Virus record (IMG/VR): IMGVR_UViG_3300046010_000337 | Span: 1-35,207 of that record | Length of the DNA: 35,207 nucleotides | Direction: 5' to 3' (one strand) | Source: a virus | Taxonomy: Duplodnaviria > Caudoviricetes | Part shown: positions 1 to 8,487 of the stretch, in pieces | How positions within the stretch are numbered: position 1 is the first letter of the stretch | How the letters are laid out: every line of letters starts with the position of its first letter | The notes under the pieces: model-generated | Told to the model about the DNA's origin: nothing | Database searches by the model: none | What the model saw: the letters and a program-made list of their open reading frames with translations, nothing else | Translations under genes and position numbers: made by a program

Positions 1-1
1 G

Positions 2-3000
2 CCTGAATTGGTTGCATCAACTATCAAAAAATTTGAATCTGGGGAGTTTCGCCCCGGAGGCAACCTCTACACCGTAGACCTCCCTGACGAGAAGATCGCC
101 CGGATGCTGGACTGGGACAAGCCCCTGAGTGAGCAGCCCGAGGTTATTAAGGCGCTCAAGGGCACTGACTACGAGGTCGGCATGAGCCAGAGGGAGGCCG
201 AGAAGATTGCTGATATGCGCCTGCGCCAAGAGGCCGATGAGTGGGCAGATATGACCGGAGGTGACCCGGTTGACTATTCCAACAACGTTGACTGGGAGAA
301 GTACGTCGATCAGGTTCGCAAGGAGTCCGGCAGCATCGACAGCAGCATCACCGGCAAGGAACTGCATCGCATGGTCATGCGCGACGAGGGCTATCGACCT
401 GAACTGTTCGACCCAGAGAACTATCAGATCGGCACCAGCGAGGCTTTGCGGGGCTACGGCATCCCAGGCATCAGATACCTCGATGCGAGCAGCCGGGATG
501 CAGGTAAGGGCACCAGCAACTTCGTCGTTTTCCCTGGCGAAGAGGACGCCCTGACCATCCTCGAACGCAAGAAGGAAGGCGGCTCTGTCTCCATCTCTGA
601 CAACCCCGATGCTCAGATGATGGATGTCATGGACAAGAAGTTGGGCGGCGATGTGAAGATGCAGGCTGGCGGTGTTGCTCGGTTTCTCAAGGGACTTAAA
701 GGAACTCAGGAGGTGCTGCCCGCAGCGGAGCGTCAGGCCAACCTTGCCAAGTTCCTTGAGCCAAGCAAGGTGCCGCAGCGCCTGTACCACGGCACGACCG
801 CTTCTGAGGGCGGCAAGGGTACTGAGGCCATCCGGCGCTTCAAGCCCAGCAAAGAGGGCGCACTCGGCTCTGGCGTTTACTTGACCCCCGACCCAAAGTT
901 TGCTGGATCGTATGCCGAACAAGTTGGCAGCAGTATGCTCCCGGTGTACGCCCAACTCAAAAACCCGTTGATTCTTCGTGGTTCCGGAGTGCCGGACAAG
1001 TACAAAGACCCCATGATTGAGGCGCTTGAGATTCTGGGCATGGACTCTGCCAAGGCGGCCAAAATGGTTGAGCGGGCCTATGAGAACAAGGGCTACATCG
1101 GCAAGGAAGTGCAGACCAGGGCGCAGGCTCAAGGCTACGATGGCCTGATTGAGTACGACCGAGACGGAAACTTGGCCGAGGTGGTGTCCTACAGGCCGAG
1201 TGCAGTCAAGTCGGCTATCGGCAACAAGGGGACATACGACATCAACAAGCCAGAACTGAATGAGGCCGCTGGTGGTGCTGTTCATATGCAGGCCGGTGGC
1301 CTCGCCAGAATGGCAAAAGCGGCCAAGGCTTCTAAGGCCGCCAAAGCCGAGCCATCTCTGCCCCTTGAGTTGCCCCGAGCGCCCGCCAAAACTAGGGAAG
1401 AGATTCGCCCCACTGCACAGCGCATGGCGCAGCAGATGACCGGCGAGTTCGTTCGGCCCGATCCAAAGAAGTCCATCAACCCTGCTGGCAAGTCTCGCGT
1501 GCAGTTTGAGATGGAGCGGGGGCTGACCCATGACATCCGTCCGACTCCAGGCAAGGCTTTGCTGCCGCAACAAGTGGCCGACATCGAAAAGCAGTTGGGG
1601 ATGCTCAAGATCGGCGTCTCTGGCGACACAACGATTGCAGACAAGACTCTGTACCGTGCAGGCCCGTATAAATTAGACCTCCCATCTCCGCAGCATGGCG
1701 GGCCTCTGTATGCACTTGGCGGGGAGGGCGCCTGGGCATCGAACAACCCAGTGGCTGCCACGTTCCAAAAGCGGGTGCAGGAGTTGTCGCAGGCGAACAA
1801 AGAGGCGCCCGTGCTGGGGCAGTTCTTGGCGATGGGGCCGCAGGGCAGCAACTTTGCCATGCACTTTGCTGACGCCAATCTGCGGGCTATTGATCCTAAG
1901 AAGATGAGCAAGCAACAGGTTGAGCAGTTCAACAAGTTGATCAGAGAGGGCAGTGAGAAGTCTGGCCCCCGTCCAGGGTTTCCTGGCATTGAGGACAAGG
2001 AATCGGCATATCTGCACTTTGCGTTTGATCCAGAGCTTCGCAAGCACTTCAACGCCATGATGCAACTGCCCAATTACACAAGCAAATTGGGGCTGCCTGA
2101 TGGTCGAGTGATCCTTCACGCCATCACCGAGCCTGAGCTTCGCAACACTGAGGTGCTGACATCGGGCCTATCTCAGATGCGCCTTGATCCCAGCGTTAAT
2201 CCTGCCGACCTGATGCTGTCGGCTCACCCAACGTACAGCCATGTCATCCCCAAGGTGCCGGGATCAGATATCAGCCGCACCAGATACCCCGTGCCTGCCG
2301 AGCTTGAGTTCCCTGATGTGGCCGAGTTCATCAAGAAAAACTACCGCCCGCGAGATGCCACCCGCGTCTATCAGACAGCAACGCCGCGCCAGATGGTTGA
2401 CCCCCAGCACATTGACGAGATGAAGATGTACGAGGAGTTGATGAAGGAATACACCGGCAAAAAGAAGGGTGGCGCGGTCAATATGCAGGCCGGGGGTCTT
2501 GCCAAATTTCTTAAGGGTGTCAAAGGAACGCAGAAAACCCTACCGGCAGAAGAGCGCAAGGCCAACCTTGACAAGATGCTTGAGGGAAGCAAGGTCAAGG
2601 AGCGGCTGTATCACGGCACTGGCGCAGACATCTCTGAGTTCAAGCCATCTGTCATCGGAGCTATGGGGCCGGGGACATATTTGACGAAGAATCCCAAGGT
2701 GGCATCTGAATATGGGAATGTTGTCAATCTCAGGCGCAGCACCAACCAGCCCAACGTCTTGCCTGTTTACGCTCAAATAAAGAACCCATTTGAAATTACC
2801 CGCGTCAATCGGTCTGGAAGCGAACTGTTCAATCGGTTTGATCCTAGTGGCAAGTTGACAGATGATGAGGTCATTGAGCTTGTCAAGAAGGCTGGCTACG
2901 ATGCGATCCATGCGATTGAGGACGGTGAGATCAATGTGCTTGATCCCCGCAAGATCAAATCTGCCATCGGCAACCGGGGCACATACGACATAAGCAAGCC

Positions 3001-3064
3001 AGAAATCAATGAAGCAATTGGCGGCTTGATCAAGGTGAAGAACAAACGAAAGGCTAAGGCTTAA
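2..3064 (+). CDS. 5'-truncated large polyvalent-type protein with tandem modules, including two complete ADP-ribosyltransferase-like (ART-PolyVal-like) domains
   Basis: The frame is open from position 2, so the true start lies upstream. Two paralogous modules (about 680-1260 and 2500-3010) share RLYHGT...FKPS..GA[LM]G.G.YLT..PK.A..Y...LPVYAQ[LI]KNP...GYD[GA]...E......P..[VI]KSAIGN[KR]GTYD, the H-Y-E type pattern of ART-like domains in phage polyvalent proteins. The N-terminal fragment GNLY.VDLPD...MLDWDKPLSEQ...GIPGIRYLD..SR...GTSNFVVF also resembles polyvalent-protein modules. Confidence 0.75.
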   Translation, partial: PELVASTIKKFESGEFRPGGNLYTVDLPDEKIARMLDWDKPLSEQPEVIKALKGTDYEVGMSQREAEKIADMRLRQEADEWADMTGGDPVDYSNNVDWEKYVDQVRKESGSIDSSITGKELHRMVMRDEGYRPELFDPENYQIGTSEALRGYGIPGIRYLDASSRDAGKGTSNFVVFPGEEDALTILERKKEGGSVSISDNPDAQMMDVMDKKLGGDVKMQAGGVARFLKGLKGTQEVLPAAERQANLAKFLEPSKVPQRLYHGTTASEGGKGTEAIRRFKPSKEGALGSGVYLTPDPKFAGSYAEQVGSSMLPVYAQLKNPLILRGSGVPDKYKDPMIEALEILGMDSAKAAKMVERAYENKGYIGKEVQTRAQAQGYDGLIEYDRDGNLAEVVSYRPSAVKSAIGNKGTYDINKPELNEAAGGAVHMQAGGLARMAKAAKASKAAKAEPSLPLELPRAPAKTREEIRPTAQRMAQQMTGEFVRPDPKKSINPAGKSRVQFEMERGLTHDIRPTPGKALLPQQVADIEKQLGMLKIGVSGDTTIADKTLYRAGPYKLDLPSPQHGGPLYALGGEGAWASNNPVAATFQKRVQELSQANKEAPVLGQFLAMGPQGSNFAMHFADANLRAIDPKKMSKQQVEQFNKLIREGSEKSGPRPGFPGIEDKESAYLHFAFDPELRKHFNAMMQLPNYTSKLGLPDGRVILHAITEPELRNTEVLTSGLSQMRLDPSVNPADLMLSAHPTYSHVIPKVPGSDISRTRYPVPAELEFPDVAEFIKKNYRPRDATRVYQTATPRQMVDPQHIDEMKMYEELMKEYTGKKKGGAVNMQAGGLAKFLKGVKGTQKTLPAEERKANLDKMLEGSKVKERLYHGTGADISEFKPSVIGAMGPGTYLTKNPKVASEYGNVVNLRRSTNQPNVLPVYAQIKNPFEITRVNRSGSELFNRFDPSGKLTDDEVIELVKKAGYDAIHAIEDGEINVLDPRKIKSAIGNRGTYDISKPEINEAIGGLIKVKNKRKAKA

Positions 3065-3066
3065 CT

Positions 3067-5595
3067 ATGGCTACACAATTTCCGATTGATCCTCAAAATG
3101 TTCAAGACGACGAGGAGATGGAAGAAGATATGCCAGAGGGCATGACTGAGAACGAGGATGGATCGGTTGAGGTTGAGCTTGAGCTTGACGACTCTGAGAT
3201 TCAGGAGTTGCCTGACGGCTCTGCTGTTGTGATGTTGCCTGACAAGGTTCGCGGCCCATCTGAAGACGAAGACTTCTACGAGAACTTGGCAGAAAGTGAC
3301 GAGATCGATCCGCTCGACCTCGACACCATCGCCATGCAGTACATCAACTACATCGACAAGGACAAGGAAGCCCGCTCGCTGCGTGACAAGCAGTATGAAG
3401 AGGGCATCAAGCGCACTGGCATGGGCAACGATGCCCCTGGTGGCGCTCAGTTCCAAGGCGCCAGCCGTGTTGTCCACCCTGTGATGGCCGAGGCTTGCGT
3501 TGATTTCGCCTCTCGGGCGATCAAGGAACTGTTCCCGCCCAACGGCCCGACCCGCACGAAGATTCTTGGAGACGTTGAGAAGGAAAAGCTGGAGGTCGCA
3601 CAGCGCAAACGCGACTACATGAACTGGCAGTTGACCGAGCAGATCGAGGAATTCCGCGACGAGCAGGAGCAGATGCTGACTCAGCTTCCACTGGGCGGCT
3701 CGCAGTTCATGAAGCTCTGGTACGACGAGGACAAAAAGCGTCCTTGTGCTGAGTTTGTGCCCATCGACAACATCATCTTGCCGTTCTCCGCGGCTAATTT
3801 CTACACCTCGCAGCGTGTAACTGAGCGCCAGGACATTACGCAGTGGGAGTTTGACCGCCGAATTCAGCGTGGCCTCTACATCGACAGCAATTTTTCTCGC
3901 GCTTCAATGGAGCCGGAGGAAACCAAGGCAGAAAAAGCCAATGACAAGATCGAAGGGCGCAAGGACGACAGCGAAAATATTGACGGCAGCCGCACTGTCT
4001 ACCATATCTACACATGGTTGGAGCTTGAGGGCGACAAACGCTCTGAAGGCAAGATGGCTCCCTACATCATGATGATCGACAACCTTGAGCATAAGGTGCT
4101 GGGGTTGTATCGGAACTGGGAAGAGGGCGACGATACGATGACCAAGCTCGACTGGATTGTCGAGTTCAAGTTCATCCCGTGGCGTGGCGCCTATGCTGTG
4201 GGCCTGCCGCACCTCATTGGAGGGATTGCAGCGGCTCTGACAGGCTCTCTACGCGCTCTTTTGGACTCGGCACACATCAACAATGCCGCCACGATGCTCA
4301 AGCTCAAAGGCGCCAAGATCAGCGGCCAGAGCCAGCAGGTTGAAGTCACCCAGGTTGCCGAGATTGAAGGCGCTCCGGGCGTTGATGACATCCGCAAGAT
4401 CGCCATGCCGATGCCGTTCAACCCGCCGTCTCCGGTTTTGTTCCAACTGATGGGCTTTTTGGATCAGGCGGCCAAGGGCGTGGTCACTACGGCAGAAGAA
4501 AAGATTGCCGACATCACCTCTAACGCACCTGTCGGCACCACCCAGGCGCTTATCGAGCAGGGTGCCGCGGTGTTTGCGGCCATTCACTCCAGGCTGCATG
4601 ATGCACAGGGCCGAATCCTCAAGATTCTTGGCCGCATCAATCGTTGGTATCTGGATGAGCAGCGCAAGGGAGAAGTTGTTGCTGATCTAGATATCCGAAA
4701 AGAAGACTTCAAGCGCAACACTGACGTTATTCCTGTCTCTGACCCGGCGATCTTTTCTGAGACGCAGCGTATGGCTCAGATGCAAGCCGTCATGCAGTTG
4801 ATGAAGGAGAACGCCGAACTGTTTGACCGCAAAGCAGTGATTGAGCGGTTCCTCAAGCAGATCAAGGTGCCGGAGATCAACGAGTTGATGAAGGGCGTGC
4901 CCGATCCTGAGAAGCGCGATGCGGCCAATGAGAACGTGGCGATGGCTATCGGGCAGGCGGCCTACGCTTACATCGAGCAAGACCATCTGGCGCACCTGCA
5001 AAGCCATCTGGACTTTGCCAAGAACCCGGTGTTCGGCGCCAATCCCTTGATCGCCCCTGCATTCATTCCCAATGCCATTGAGCATATCAAGCAGCACTTG
5101 ACGCTGTGGTATCTCAACCGCATGAATGGATACGTCAATTCCGCGGCCAAGGGCAGGATCACAGATTACGACGATCCTTCAGTGACGCCGCAGATCGACA
5201 AGCTATTTGCTGCTGCATCGCAGCATTTGCAGTTGGACAGCGAGAGCGTGTTCAAGAATATCTTGCCGATCACACAGGCGATGACGCAGGAGTTGCAGAA
5301 GTACAAACCGCAGCCGCAGATGACGCCCGAGGCTTTGGTGCTGGAGAAGACCAGCATGGCCGAGACTCAGCGCCGTGCAGCACGGGATCAGGCCGACATC
5401 GAGCTTCAGAAGAAGAAGCAAGACGAGGAAGTTGCGATCAAGATGGAGGAGTTGGAACTGCGCTTGGCTATTGCCGAGGGCGACAACGAGACCCGCGAGC
5501 GCATCGAAGCGGCTCGGCTCAACCGCGATGCGGCGAGGCTGAGACTTGATGAAACGAAGACTGTAATGTCAGGAGGAAATTATGGCTACCAGTAA
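3067..5595 (+). CDS. Portal protein (P22-like)
   Basis: 842 aa with an acidic N-terminus and coiled-coil C-terminus. Motifs include F.GAS.V.HPVMAEACVDF.SRAIKELFPP.GP, RDYMNWQLTEQ, LPLGGSQF.K.WYD, GLPHLIGG...LRALLDSAH.NN, NAPVGTTQALIEQG and D.IPVSDP.IFS, typical of P22-like portals. It lies upstream of the scaffold and capsid genes. Confidence 0.9.
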   Translation: MATQFPIDPQNVQDDEEMEEDMPEGMTENEDGSVEVELELDDSEIQELPDGSAVVMLPDKVRGPSEDEDFYENLAESDEIDPLDLDTIAMQYINYIDKDKEARSLRDKQYEEGIKRTGMGNDAPGGAQFQGASRVVHPVMAEACVDFASRAIKELFPPNGPTRTKILGDVEKEKLEVAQRKRDYMNWQLTEQIEEFRDEQEQMLTQLPLGGSQFMKLWYDEDKKRPCAEFVPIDNIILPFSAANFYTSQRVTERQDITQWEFDRRIQRGLYIDSNFSRASMEPEETKAEKANDKIEGRKDDSENIDGSRTVYHIYTWLELEGDKRSEGKMAPYIMMIDNLEHKVLGLYRNWEEGDDTMTKLDWIVEFKFIPWRGAYAVGLPHLIGGIAAALTGSLRALLDSAHINNAATMLKLKGAKISGQSQQVEVTQVAEIEGAPGVDDIRKIAMPMPFNPPSPVLFQLMGFLDQAAKGVVTTAEEKIADITSNAPVGTTQALIEQGAAVFAAIHSRLHDAQGRILKILGRINRWYLDEQRKGEVVADLDIRKEDFKRNTDVIPVSDPAIFSETQRMAQMQAVMQLMKENAELFDRKAVIERFLKQIKVPEINELMKGVPDPEKRDAANENVAMAIGQAAYAYIEQDHLAHLQSHLDFAKNPVFGANPLIAPAFIPNAIEHIKQHLTLWYLNRMNGYVNSAAKGRITDYDDPSVTPQIDKLFAAASQHLQLDSESVFKNILPITQAMTQELQKYKPQPQMTPEALVLEKTSMAETQRRAARDQADIELQKKKQDEEVAIKMEELELRLAIAEGDNETRERIEAARLNRDAARLRLDETKTVMSGGNYGYQ

Positions 5596-5740
5596 CCCGT
5601 ACCACAACGAAGCCGTGCCTATGCACAAGCGTATCGCCGCTGGCGAGAACCTTGATGGCACTTCCCTGCAAGCTAAGGGCGGCCAGCAAAAAGCCCCCGC
5701 CAAACCCCAAGGAGGTCTGTCACAAGCCAAGAAGAAATAA
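5582..5740 (+). CDS. Small basic hypothetical protein (52 aa; absent from ORF track)
   Basis: MATSNPYHNEAVPMHKRIAAGENLDGTSLQAKGGQQKAPAKPQGGLSQAKKK*. A strong RBS (AGGAGG) precedes the ATG at 5582. The ORF overlaps the portal end and abuts the next ATG at 5741. Confidence 0.75.
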   Translation: MATSNPYHNEAVPMHKRIAAGENLDGTSLQAKGGQQKAPAKPQGGLSQAKKK

Positions 5741-5926
5741 ATGGGAACTATCGCAGACCTCATTGCTGGTATCAAAGCCTCACAGAGCGAAATAGCTCTT
5801 TCCTTGGCGCATGGGAATGCGTCTACATGGGAGGCGTATCAGCGGATGGTTGGTCAACATCAAGGGCTGGAACAAGCTCTTGAAATCCTCAACAACATTC
5901 TGAAAGAACCAGATGAAGATGAATGA
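5741..5926 (+). CDS. Small helical hypothetical protein
   Basis: 61 aa (L.HG...WEAYQRMVGQHQGLEQA..IL). It fills the gap between the 52-aa ORF and the GroES-like gene, with coupled start and stop codons. Confidence 0.75.
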   Translation: MGTIADLIAGIKASQSEIALSLAHGNASTWEAYQRMVGQHQGLEQALEILNNILKEPDEDE

Positions 5927-6338
5927 ACCGGAAGTGGCGATGGCCGCTGAATTGGCTCGGGCTTTTCCGAGCGTTGACCCCGGCGCGAAACCTCTTGGTG
6001 GACGCATTCTTGTGCAACTGCGCGGCACAAAGGAAAAAACAGATAGCGGAATTTATTTGCCGCAAGAAACACGGGAAACCGAGAAGTGGCAAAACATGGT
6101 GGCGAAAGTCATTGAGATTGGGCCTCTTGCCTTCAGACATCGTGAAACCATGAACCCGTGGCCGGAAGGCTCGTGGTGCAGCGTTGGTGACTACATCCGC
6201 GTGCCCAAGTGGGGTGGTGATCGATGGGAGGTCGAAGTGGGTAAGAACCAGGAAAAAGCCTTGTTCATGATCCTCAATGACCATGAAGTGATTGCCAAGG
6301 TCACCAGCAACCCGCTTGAAATGATTGCTTTCATTTAA
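5913..6338 (+). CDS. groES: GroES/Cpn10-like co-chaperonin
   Basis: KPLGGRILVQ, mobile-loop-like KTDSGIYLP, AKVIEIGP, VGDYIRVPKWGG and ILNDHEVIAKV match the Cpn10 pattern PL.DRV.V..T.GGI.LP..G.V.AVG.G..VGD.V....Y.G..I....DI.A. An alternative start exists at 5919. Confidence 0.88.
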   Translation: MKMNEPEVAMAAELARAFPSVDPGAKPLGGRILVQLRGTKEKTDSGIYLPQETRETEKWQNMVAKVIEIGPLAFRHRETMNPWPEGSWCSVGDYIRVPKWGGDRWEVEVGKNQEKALFMILNDHEVIAKVTSNPLEMIAFI

Positions 6339-6348
6339 GAGGTAAAAA

Positions 6349-7326
6349 ATGACGACAGAAACACAAGCGGAAGAGAAAATTTTGGTCAAGGAGGAGCAGG
6401 ACGGTTCCGTAACCGTTGACCTTCCTGACAGCATTCCCAGCCCTGATCAGGATGATGGGACGGAAGAGGCTCGTGCTGAAGGCGGTGCTGCTGCCGACGA
6501 AGACGACCAAGACCGAGACGATGACACCGAGGCCATTCGCGCTGCTCGCAGGAACCGGCGCAAGGCCAAGAAGGAGTACATCAAGAAGACGAATGAGGAA
6601 AAAGATCAGCGTCTTGTGATGCTCCAGCGGCAAAATCAGGAATTGATGGAGCGCCTGTCCAATGTGGAGCGCAAAACCCATTCTGCCGATTTGGCCCGTA
6701 TCGACAAGGCTATTGAGGACAAGGAACTGCGTCTGCAATATGCCCGCATGAAGATGTCTGAGGCTACGTCTGCTGGTGACGGCGAGGCTTTCGCCAAAGC
6801 GCAGGAGATGTGGTACGAAACCCGGCGAGAGGTTGAATCAATCAAGGCGTTAAAGGAAAACGCGGTTCGTTCGGCAAATGTCCAAAGCCCGGCCAACAGC
6901 GCAGAATTGCAGCGCCATGCCAATCGCTGGATGGAAAAAAACGACTGGTTTAATCCAGAAGGCGGTGATGAGGATTCCGAAATCGCCAAAGTCATTGACC
7001 AAAAGCTGGTTCAAGAAGGCTGGAATCCTACAAGCAACGAATATTGGCAAGAATTGGACAAACGCTTGCAAAAACGCCTGCCGCACCGTTACACTGATAA
7101 CTATGACGAGGATGTTCGTTCGTCTCGAAGGCCGAGGAGTATTGTGACAAGCTCTGGACGCGAAGGTACGACAGCAAGTGGAATGCGGAATTCGTTCACG
7201 CTTTCCGCGGAGCAGGTTCGTGCCATCAAAGATGCAGGAATGTGGGATAACCCACAGTCTCGCAATCGTATGATCAAGCGTTATGCAGAGCAAGCGCGTT
7301 CACAAAATTCCGGTTATAGGAGCTAA
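6349..7326 (+). CDS. Probable capsid scaffolding protein
   Basis: Acidic N-terminus, long coiled coil, W.EKN.WF motif and a C-terminal LSAEQVRA...G....YA helix pair. Located between portal and capsid, with RBS GAGG. Confidence 0.7.
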   Translation: MTTETQAEEKILVKEEQDGSVTVDLPDSIPSPDQDDGTEEARAEGGAAADEDDQDRDDDTEAIRAARRNRRKAKKEYIKKTNEEKDQRLVMLQRQNQELMERLSNVERKTHSADLARIDKAIEDKELRLQYARMKMSEATSAGDGEAFAKAQEMWYETRREVESIKALKENAVRSANVQSPANSAELQRHANRWMEKNDWFNPEGGDEDSEIAKVIDQKLVQEGWNPTSNEYWQELDKRLQKRLPHRYTDNYDEDVRSSRRPRSIVTSSGREGTTASGMRNSFTLSAEQVRAIKDAGMWDNPQSRNRMIKRYAEQARSQNSGYRS

Positions 7327-7328
7327 GA

Positions 7329-7889
7329 ATGACTGAATCTCGTCTGAAAAAATCCCTTTCTGCTGGTGGCCGCGAGGATCGGTCTTCACAAGACCAGAGC
7401 CGTCGCCCCGCAGAAGAACAGTTCATGTCAGCGCAGGAACGCCTCAAGGCGTGGAGCGATGAGTGGACGCAATCGGCCCTGCCGAAACTGTCGGCCAATG
7501 CAATCCCTGGATGGCATTTGTGCTGGCTCTCCACCACCAATACTTACGACAGCATCGACAAGAGAATGCGTCTCGGGTACGTCCCTGTGAAAGCAGATGA
7601 GTTGCCTGGGTTCGATAGTTTCCGTGTCAAGTCTGGCGAAAATACTGGTTTTATCTCTTGCAATGAGATGCTGCTTTTCAAGCTGCCGATGGACATTTAT
7701 CAAGCAGTTATGACACAGATGCACCACACTGCCCCCCATGAGGAGGCGCAGAAAATTGAGGTGCAACTGGAAAGTCTGCAAGGTCAGGCCCGCGACAGTG
7801 CAAACCGCAGACTCTTGCAAGTTGAGGGTGAAGGTTTTGGTCGGATCGACAAACAGCAACCAAACACTGCCCCCGTATTCGAGGGCTAA
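7329..7889 (+). CDS. Hypothetical head-module protein
   Basis: 186 aa (IPGWHLCWLSTTN..DSI.KRMRLGYVPV...LLFKLP), coupled to the scaffold gene. Function is not assignable. Confidence 0.7.
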   Translation: MTESRLKKSLSAGGREDRSSQDQSRRPAEEQFMSAQERLKAWSDEWTQSALPKLSANAIPGWHLCWLSTTNTYDSIDKRMRLGYVPVKADELPGFDSFRVKSGENTGFISCNEMLLFKLPMDIYQAVMTQMHHTAPHEEAQKIEVQLESLQGQARDSANRRLLQVEGEGFGRIDKQQPNTAPVFEG

Positions 7890-7901
7890 CAAGGAGTAAA
7901 T

Positions 7902-8474
7902 ATGAGTGCAACCTCTGCTCCGTTCGGTATGCGTCCTGCGTTCCATCCCTCTGGTCTGGATCGCGCTCGCGCATATGTGGACGGTATTGTGTCGGGCTAC
8001 AGCTCGTCAATTTTGAAGGGCCAGCCGGTCAAACTGGTAACCGCTGGCAATATTGAGCCTGCTGCTACGGGTGATGCGTTCCTCGGCGGCTTTGATGGCG
8101 TTGAGTGGACTGACACCACTGGTCGTCGTCGCGTGTCGAACTACTGGCCTGCGAGCACCGCATACCAGACCGGTTCGTGCATTGCGTATGTGTGGGATGA
8201 CCCGCTGGTCGTGTATGAAATGCAAGCTGCTGGTTCGCTTACCCAAGCGGCCATTGGTGAGCAATTCGACATTACCAACGAAACCGCTGGTTCCACCACC
8301 ACTGGCCTTAGCCAATGCACGCTCGGCACCTCTGCCGCTGGCGCTGGCAACAGCAAGCAAATGCGTGTTGTGAACCTCGCTCCGTTCCCCGGCAATGCTT
8401 GGGGTGATGCTTTCACTGTTGTTCAGGTGCAAATCTCCGAACATCAATATGTCGCTGACCGCGGCGCAATCTAA
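7902..8474 (+). CDS. Capsid-associated (decoration/cement-like) protein
   Basis: 190 aa, beta-rich (APFGMRP...I..GQPV...GGFDGVEWTD...VWDDP.VVYE.Q). Lies immediately upstream of the MCP, with RBS AAGGAG. Confidence 0.6.
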   Translation: MSATSAPFGMRPAFHPSGLDRARAYVDGIVSGYSSSILKGQPVKLVTAGNIEPAATGDAFLGGFDGVEWTDTTGRRRVSNYWPASTAYQTGSCIAYVWDDPLVVYEMQAAGSLTQAAIGEQFDITNETAGSTTTGLSQCTLGTSAAGAGNSKQMRVVNLAPFPGNAWGDAFTVVQVQISEHQYVADRGAI

Positions 8475-8487
8475 GGAGGGCTGACAA

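Noticed and set aside
17-1573. 518-aa minus-strand ORF and other long antisense ORFs (e.g. 1282-2073, 10526-11302, 13361-14374, 18173-19057, 29646-30611, 32274-33068)
   Set aside because: They lie entirely antisense to well-supported + strand genes, have no recognisable motifs, and are expected shadows of biased codon usage.
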